Shown piece by piece: positions 58,165 through 62,424 of a stretch of DNA of 62,424 nucleotides. The notes below the pieces were generated by a model, which ran no database searches, was not told where the DNA came from, and was given only the letters and a program-made list of their open reading frames with translations. A program made the translations under genes and the position numbers. The stretch's first letter is position 1. The number at the start of each line of letters is the position of its first letter. Origin of the DNA: Candidatus Nomurabacteria bacterium (GTDB lineage Bacteria; Patescibacteriota; Saccharimonadia; Saccharimonadales; Saccharimonadaceae); assembly GCA_031280785.1 (NCBI GenBank), contig JAITGI010000042.1, positions 1 to 62,424 on the forward strand. The letters are read 5' to 3'.

Positions 58165-58717
58165 TTTTTTCTCCGGCTCCTATTTGCGCCGCATCAATTA
58201 CCAATTGTAGTTTACCATAAATTTGCTCGGCGCGCGAGACCATCGTTACCACCAAATCGCCAGCTTGGGTATACAGCGCGATCGAGCCATAACCAAACAG
58301 GCTACCAAACAGCCCCCTGACATTGACTACGGAATTTTGAATTTTGTCGAGACCGATGTCGACGGTGGCGCGGTCGAATAGACCTTTTTGGCGATTTTGG
58401 CGGATACGCTGGTCGGTCACGATGTAAACCGTAAAATACCAGCCAATCCAGTGGTAGAACAGCACCAACAAACCCAGCAAAACCGCACCCAAACCGATGA
58501 GAATCAGGTCCCTGTTCCCCGGCACAATCATATATGGCACGAAACCGATGATCGTCAGGATGATCAACGCCAAAAACCCGCGCCGCAACGCAAAAATATG
58601 GCGTCGAAAAACAAATTGCACAGTTTCGCCGGGACGCTGATCGGGAAAAGTCGAATTCATAAACGAATTATAACATTTATGACAATAATTCGCCATCGTG
58701 TAAACAAAAAACCGCAC
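58145..58717 (-). CDS. bacterial PH-domain (YdbS/YdbT-like) membrane protein
   Basis: Two TM helices followed by a bPH_2-like domain (YIVTDQRI..). Confidence 0.6.
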   Translation of the reverse strand: MRFFVYTMANYCHKCYNSFMNSTFPDQRPGETVQFVFRRHIFALRRGFLALIILTIIGFVPYMIVPGNRDLILIGLGAVLLGLLVLFYHWIGWYFTVYIVTDQRIRQNRQKGLFDRATVDIGLDKIQNSVVNVRGLFGSLFGYGSIALYTQAGDLVVTMVSRAEQIYGKLQLVIDAAQIGAGEKNETTVE

Positions 58718-58754
58718 GTGACGCCGCGCGATTTTTCGATGTATTTTGAGAACC

Positions 58755-58831
58755 TGGAGGACCCAGAGGGACTTGAACCCTCGACACCAGGCTTAAGAGG
58801 CCCGTGCTCTAACCAGCTGAGCTATGGGTCC
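58755..58831 (-). tRNA. tRNA-Lys (anticodon CTT), CCA encoded
   Basis: Reverse complement GGACCCATAGCTCAGCTGG..CGGGC-CTCTTAA-GCCTG..GGTTCAAGTCC..TGGGTCCTCCA. Confidence 0.9.
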
Positions 58832-58941
58832 AGAATCACTTTCCGAGTATAACATACATTTTCCATTTTACTCGACTCTTATCATTTTTAAATCCCCCGA
58901 CCCTTGCTACACTGGATATGTAGTGGATCGGGGGATTAATA

Positions 58942-59349
58942 TCAATCTTCGGCGCTGATGAGCGGTAACTTTATTACGTTTTCCGCTCCGGTTATTCGCT
59001 TTTTGACAGCCTGGCATTCCGCAGACTGCTCTAAAGCGATCTTAAGATCCGCTTTATACGCATCCGATTTGCGTTCATACCACCTCCCGTCGTTAGACGG
59101 GAAACAATACTTCCTGGTTCTGCTAGGTGCGCCGAACGCGGCGCTCCCGAACACGGACATCATCCTGGAATATTCCGCTATCGCGGCCATGTTGTCCGTT
59201 ACGGCGGCCTGCGCCGCCGCTTCCGACTCGTATATTGCCAATGGCTGAGCATACTTATTGAGCATGCTCTGCTCCGCCGCTACAGAAAATACGTACTTCG
59301 CCTTCGCCTTCGCCTTCGCCTTCGCCTTCGCCTTCGTATTCTTTTTCAT
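58942..59349 (-). CDS. hypothetical protein with an N-terminal (Lys-Ala)6 repeat
   Basis: Start ATG 59349 follows AAGGAGAAAAA. The protein begins MKKNTKAKAKAKAKAKAKYVF. Confidence 0.6.
   Translation of the reverse strand: MKKNTKAKAKAKAKAKAKYVFSVAAEQSMLNKYAQPLAIYESEAAAQAAVTDNMAAIAEYSRMMSVFGSAAFGAPSRTRKYCFPSNDGRWYERKSDAYKADLKIALEQSAECQAVKKRITGAENVIKLPLISAED
59296..59336. repeat. hexanucleotide tandem repeat (CCTTCG)n, ~6.5 units, in frame
   Basis: Read directly from the sequence. It encodes the KA repeat of the 58942-59349 gene. Confidence 0.9.
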
Positions 59350-59853
59350 TTTTTCTCCTTTTAGCGCCCCATGGTAGGGCAAATTTATAAACTATGAGGG
59401 TCGATGCGCAAAATACACATCACTAACCCCTGATGACACACGGAATCAATATGCATCGAATAATACATGCAACAAGATTCACATTTAATTCATCAGGTCC
59501 GCGCTGGTTCCAGGATTGGAACCGCCCCCTTTGCTGTTTAACCAAACTTCTTGGGCAAAAAATCTGATTAAACAACAAAGGTTGCTTTGCTCGCGCGGCG
59601 AGAAAAAGAATGAAACTTTCATCGATTGACATTTTAAGGTGCGAACAATCCTACTAAACTCGTTAAGCTTTTTTGTGAAACAAAAAAGCTGTATGTACAT
59701 ACAGCTCGAATTTGCTATATGCACTGTGTTTTAGCAGATTATTATGGTTCATCAAGTTGGTTTCTTAACTTGATATCCCTATTATATCAAATCATAATCG
59801 TTTTGTCAATAATTTAATGCCTATTTTTGATAATTTGCAATTTTTTTCAACTG

Positions 59854-59936
59854 TGGTAAGACTCCATAAAGAAATCCAGTCCTGTTTTGCGCGGAACAAA
59901 CAAAAATGAGGAATATAAATACAACATAGAGAAAAT
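59854..59936. repeat. left arm of a ~80-bp imperfect inverted repeat flanking the AT-rich cassette
   Basis: Reverse complement of 59862-59936 aligns without gaps to 61835-61909 (63 of 75 identical by manual count). Weaker similarity extends ~8 nt further. Confidence 0.8.
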
Positions 59937-59962
59937 AGTATGATTTTTAGTAATAGCCGAGG

Positions 59963-61600
59963 TTAATTGTTTCTGCGAGATTTTGGTTTTTTCTTAAATT
60001 GGCTAAGGATATATGCGCATTTTTTGTCGGTAAATTGCGAAATATGCCATAATCCGATTGCGGCAAATGGCAACAGTAAAACAAACACGTAGAAATTAAA
60101 CCGCCCACCGCTTTCAGTAAATAGACTGAGCAAAAATTGACCCATAAATGTAAGTGGAATAATCAAAATTAACAATTTCTTTTTATGCTTTCTATCTCTG
60201 AAAATGAAAACTACACCGAAAGCGCACATTAAATAGACGAGCGTCTCGTAGCCGTCAGAAAATTTATACAAGATATTATATGCGGTATGTTTCGGTTGCA
60301 GGGTTGTAAATAATTTCGGTTTATTCGGATCATTTTGGTAAATTGCTTTATTTTTTCCTTTAAAATAATCGCTCGCGCCCCAGACCTGTAATGCGCCAAA
60401 ATCCGGTGAATTCCAATCACTCAATTGCTTTCGCAAAAAGAATCTGGCTGCCATTTTGGGATTTTCCATAAATTCATTTAATCGGTATTTTATCCGCTCG
60501 GCACTACGAGATTTTGCCAATTCATCATTTCTCAGATCAGTCATCGTATGCCCATCGATAACATAGCTCCAATGACCAGTCATTTCAGATATCGGACCCT
60601 GTAATGCTCCCATTTCCTGATAAGCAATTTTATCATTCTCGTCATAAGCAGCTATACCCTGTGCGACATTTATAAAGGTCGGAAAAGCCGTAATTTCATA
60701 TTGATTTTGCATTGAATTAGCGACGAAGCGGAAAAATGGCAGCGTGAAAACTAGAATAAAAATAAACCCGCCACATAAAATAATAGTTTTTAAGCGGTTT
60801 TTCACTTGGAATAATCGCAAAATCAAAACAATTAAAACTGCTATGATAACAATTTGCGCTTGTAACTTGAACGCCAAAGCGAGAAATGATAACGGAATAA
60901 TTGCTGCGATATATTGCCATTTTTCTTTTTCAAAAAATTTCATCAAAAGATATATGACAAAAATCATGAGACAAACACTCGGGATGTTACCATATGCCCA
61001 ACTAACATAGAAAATAAACTGAATACAAAGCGGAGCGATTAGCCAGTAAATTTTAGCAATTTTGTCATTTTTGAATAATTTTTTTGTGATTTTCCCGAGT
61101 AACCAAAACGCCAAAACCATTAACGCCAAATTCATTATGCGAAACGCCAAAAAAGCACCGCTCATACCGAATAATTTAACCAGGACTCCGCCAAACATCC
61201 CCATTGGTATCATATAGTCAAATTGGTCCCAGTATGCATACGCAAATGGCCAAACAAACAATCCACCTTGGTCATTCACACTTGGAACCTGGGAATAAAT
61301 CAGTAGAACTATCGTCAAAATGGCGGTCGTTAAAATTAAAGCCCAGTTCTGAATTTTTTTCAGTGAGATTTTATATCTATCGAATAATTTTTGCCCGATA
61401 AAAACATACAGAAAAATGCCGACAGCGATTAAAATTACTGATAAAACATTAAGTGGATTGATGGCACGAAAAAATATATTGCCATCAGAGAAAGAGGAAA
61501 ATAATGCTGAGCTGATAGACAGCAGAATTATCAAGCCTATAAACAACACCAGAGTAATTCCGTGTATCAATTTGGAAAATTTGACGAGAAATCTTTTCAT
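59963..61600 (-). CDS. polytopic membrane protein, GT-C / Gtr-type (serotype-converting-like) glycosyltransferase candidate
   Basis: 545-aa ORF with more than 10 hydrophobic helices, a ~110-aa soluble loop and a Lys-rich tail. It is markedly AT-rich relative to the rest of the window. Confidence 0.55.
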   Translation of the reverse strand: MKRFLVKFSKLIHGITLVLFIGLIILLSISSALFSSFSDGNIFFRAINPLNVLSVILIAVGIFLYVFIGQKLFDRYKISLKKIQNWALILTTAILTIVLLIYSQVPSVNDQGGLFVWPFAYAYWDQFDYMIPMGMFGGVLVKLFGMSGAFLAFRIMNLALMVLAFWLLGKITKKLFKNDKIAKIYWLIAPLCIQFIFYVSWAYGNIPSVCLMIFVIYLLMKFFEKEKWQYIAAIIPLSFLALAFKLQAQIVIIAVLIVLILRLFQVKNRLKTIILCGGFIFILVFTLPFFRFVANSMQNQYEITAFPTFINVAQGIAAYDENDKIAYQEMGALQGPISEMTGHWSYVIDGHTMTDLRNDELAKSRSAERIKYRLNEFMENPKMAARFFLRKQLSDWNSPDFGALQVWGASDYFKGKNKAIYQNDPNKPKLFTTLQPKHTAYNILYKFSDGYETLVYLMCAFGVVFIFRDRKHKKKLLILIIPLTFMGQFLLSLFTESGGRFNFYVFVLLLPFAAIGLWHISQFTDKKCAYILSQFKKKPKSRRNN

Positions 61601-61626
61601 ATTTTCTGCTTTCTCGCTAATGCCCT

Positions 61627-61656
61627 AAAACAAAATAGGACACCGCGACGGTGTTC
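61627..61656 (-). terminator. leader terminator/attenuator hairpin upstream of the cassette gene
   Basis: Minus strand GAACACCG-tcg-CGGTGTCC followed by TATTTTGTTTT, ending ~27 nt before ATG 61600. Confidence 0.45.
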
Positions 61657-61834
61657 TAAATCGTTTTCCAACAAGACAGCAGATGCCTTATCTCGCGCGG
61701 TGCCCTATATTGCGACATCCGCGCGATGTCTTGTTGGATTATTTAATTTAGAACGTCATGATTATATCATATCTCGGCAGTATCCACTGATTATTTTACG
61801 GCTGTTAACTTCAGCTATCCCAAAAAACTATGGC

Positions 61835-61917
61835 ATTTTCTCTATATTGTTTTTGTGTTTCTCATTTTTGTATATTCCGTGCAAAACAGGGCTGGATTTT
61901 TTTGTGGAAGCTTATTA
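61835..61917. repeat. right arm of the ~80-bp imperfect inverted repeat
   Basis: See 59854-59936. Confidence 0.8.
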
Positions 61918-61925
61918 GGGAAACG

Positions 61926-61948
61926 AAAAAGTCGCCGATTTAGGCGAC
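61926..61948 (-). terminator. rho-independent terminator after tRNA-Arg
   Basis: Minus strand GTCGCC-taaatc-GGCGAC followed by TTTTT. Confidence 0.7.
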
Positions 61949-61970
61949 AATTCCGAAAAATTAGCGTTTC

Positions 61971-62047
61971 TGGTATCCCGTGCAGGAGTCGAACCTGCAA
62001 CCTTATCCTTAGGACGGATCTGCTCTATCCAGTTGAGCTAACGGGAC
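61971..62047 (-). tRNA. tRNA-Arg (anticodon CCT), CCA encoded
   Basis: Reverse complement GTCCCGTTAGCTCAACTGGATAGAGC..loop GTCCTAA..GCAGG-TTCGACT-CCTGC-ACGGGAT-ACCA. One mismatch in the anticodon stem and G1:U72. Confidence 0.75.
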
Positions 62048-62094
62048 ATAACACGATTTTACCCTAGTTTGACGAAAAATGGTATGATATAAGG

Positions 62095-62424
62095 ATGAAA
62101 AAGCCGACTGTTACTGTTTTGATACCGTGTTATAACGAAGCGGCGGTTTTGCCGAAACTTTATCGTCGACTGGCGAGCCTCGCCCAGCGGCAAAAAACCG
62201 AGCGAATAACTTTTTTGTTCATTAACGACGGATCACGCGATCATACCCTGGAAACCATCAAGAAATATGCGGCGACCGATCGGCGCGTCGGCTATATCGA
62301 CCTGTCGCGCAACTATGGCAAAGAGATCGCGCTGACAGCCGGAATCGACCACGCGAACGGCGACGCCGTGGTGCTGGTCGACGCTGATTTGCAAGACCCG
62401 CCCGAGCTGATACCGAAGATGATA
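62095..62424 (+). CDS. GT2 polyisoprenyl-phosphate glycosyltransferase (GtrB/CsbB-like), partial at window end
   Basis: VTVLIPCYNEAAVLPKL..FINDGSRDHT..LSRNYGKEIALTAG..VLVDADLQDPPE. TGgTATGAT extended -10 lies 6 nt before the ATG. Confidence 0.85.
   Translation, partial: MKKPTVTVLIPCYNEAAVLPKLYRRLASLAQRQKTERITFLFINDGSRDHTLETIKKYAATDRRVGYIDLSRNYGKEIALTAGIDHANGDAVVLVDADLQDPPELIPKMI

Noticed and set aside
58891-58937. 10-bp-stem hairpin AATCCCCCGA..TCGGGGGATT downstream of the KA-repeat gene, considered as a terminator.
   Set aside because: It is not followed by a U-run on either strand, so it is not called as a rho-independent terminator. It may still be a processing or stability element.
59296-59336. 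CRISPR-like or other spacer-repeat array.
   Set aside because: It is a contiguous 6-nt microsatellite inside a coding region. No repeat-spacer architecture exists anywhere in the window.
59905-59928. 7-codon ORFs conserved in both inverted-repeat arms (MRNINTT and MRNTKTI).
   Set aside because: They are too short and lack an SD. Conservation follows trivially from the repeat itself. They are mentioned only as a detail of the cassette finding.

Overview
This 62.4-kb window is chromosomal DNA from a Saccharibacteria (candidate phylum TM7, CPR/Patescibacteria) genome. The 16S rRNA gene (3849-5345, minus) carries the TM7-typical 911A/912U substitution and what I recall as the TM7-905 probe and TM7-580 primer sites. 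The backbone is a dense, mostly minus-strand housekeeping set: gyrB-gyrA, infC-rpmI-rplT, rpmB, thrS, miaA, dnaG-rpoD, argS, pyrG, uvrC, secG, orn and comM. It also holds tmRNA, RNase P RNA, seven complete tRNAs (all with encoded CCA) and one partial tRNA. The accessory content is more interesting: (1) A 1539-aa beta-helix surface protein has a G9 tract inside its promoter spacer and is translationally coupled to a small PD-(D/E)xK-motif protein. (2) An AT-rich single-gene cassette (a polytopic GT-C/Gtr-like membrane protein) is bounded by ~80-bp imperfect inverted repeats. It sits between tRNA-Arg with a GtrB-like gene on one side and tRNA-Lys on the other, and has a structured attenuator-like leader. 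(3) A processive GT2 synthase, a small membrane protein, an SGNH esterase and a CE4 deacetylase form a possible exopolysaccharide locus. Its surface proteins share an APNTG-type sorting signal, and one of them is frameshifted at a G4 run. (4) An operon directly downstream of the unlinked 16S gene encodes a radical-SAM-like protein with a CX2CX2C motif, a GrpB protein and a tandem histidine phosphatase. (5) An orphan VirD4/TraD-like ATPase module lies upstream of gyrBA behind a hairpin-dense leader. (6) An AT-rich island lies beside ssrA with a candidate sRNA. No CRISPR array, transposase, integrase or reverse transcriptase was seen. All functional calls come from motif reading by eye; no searches were run.
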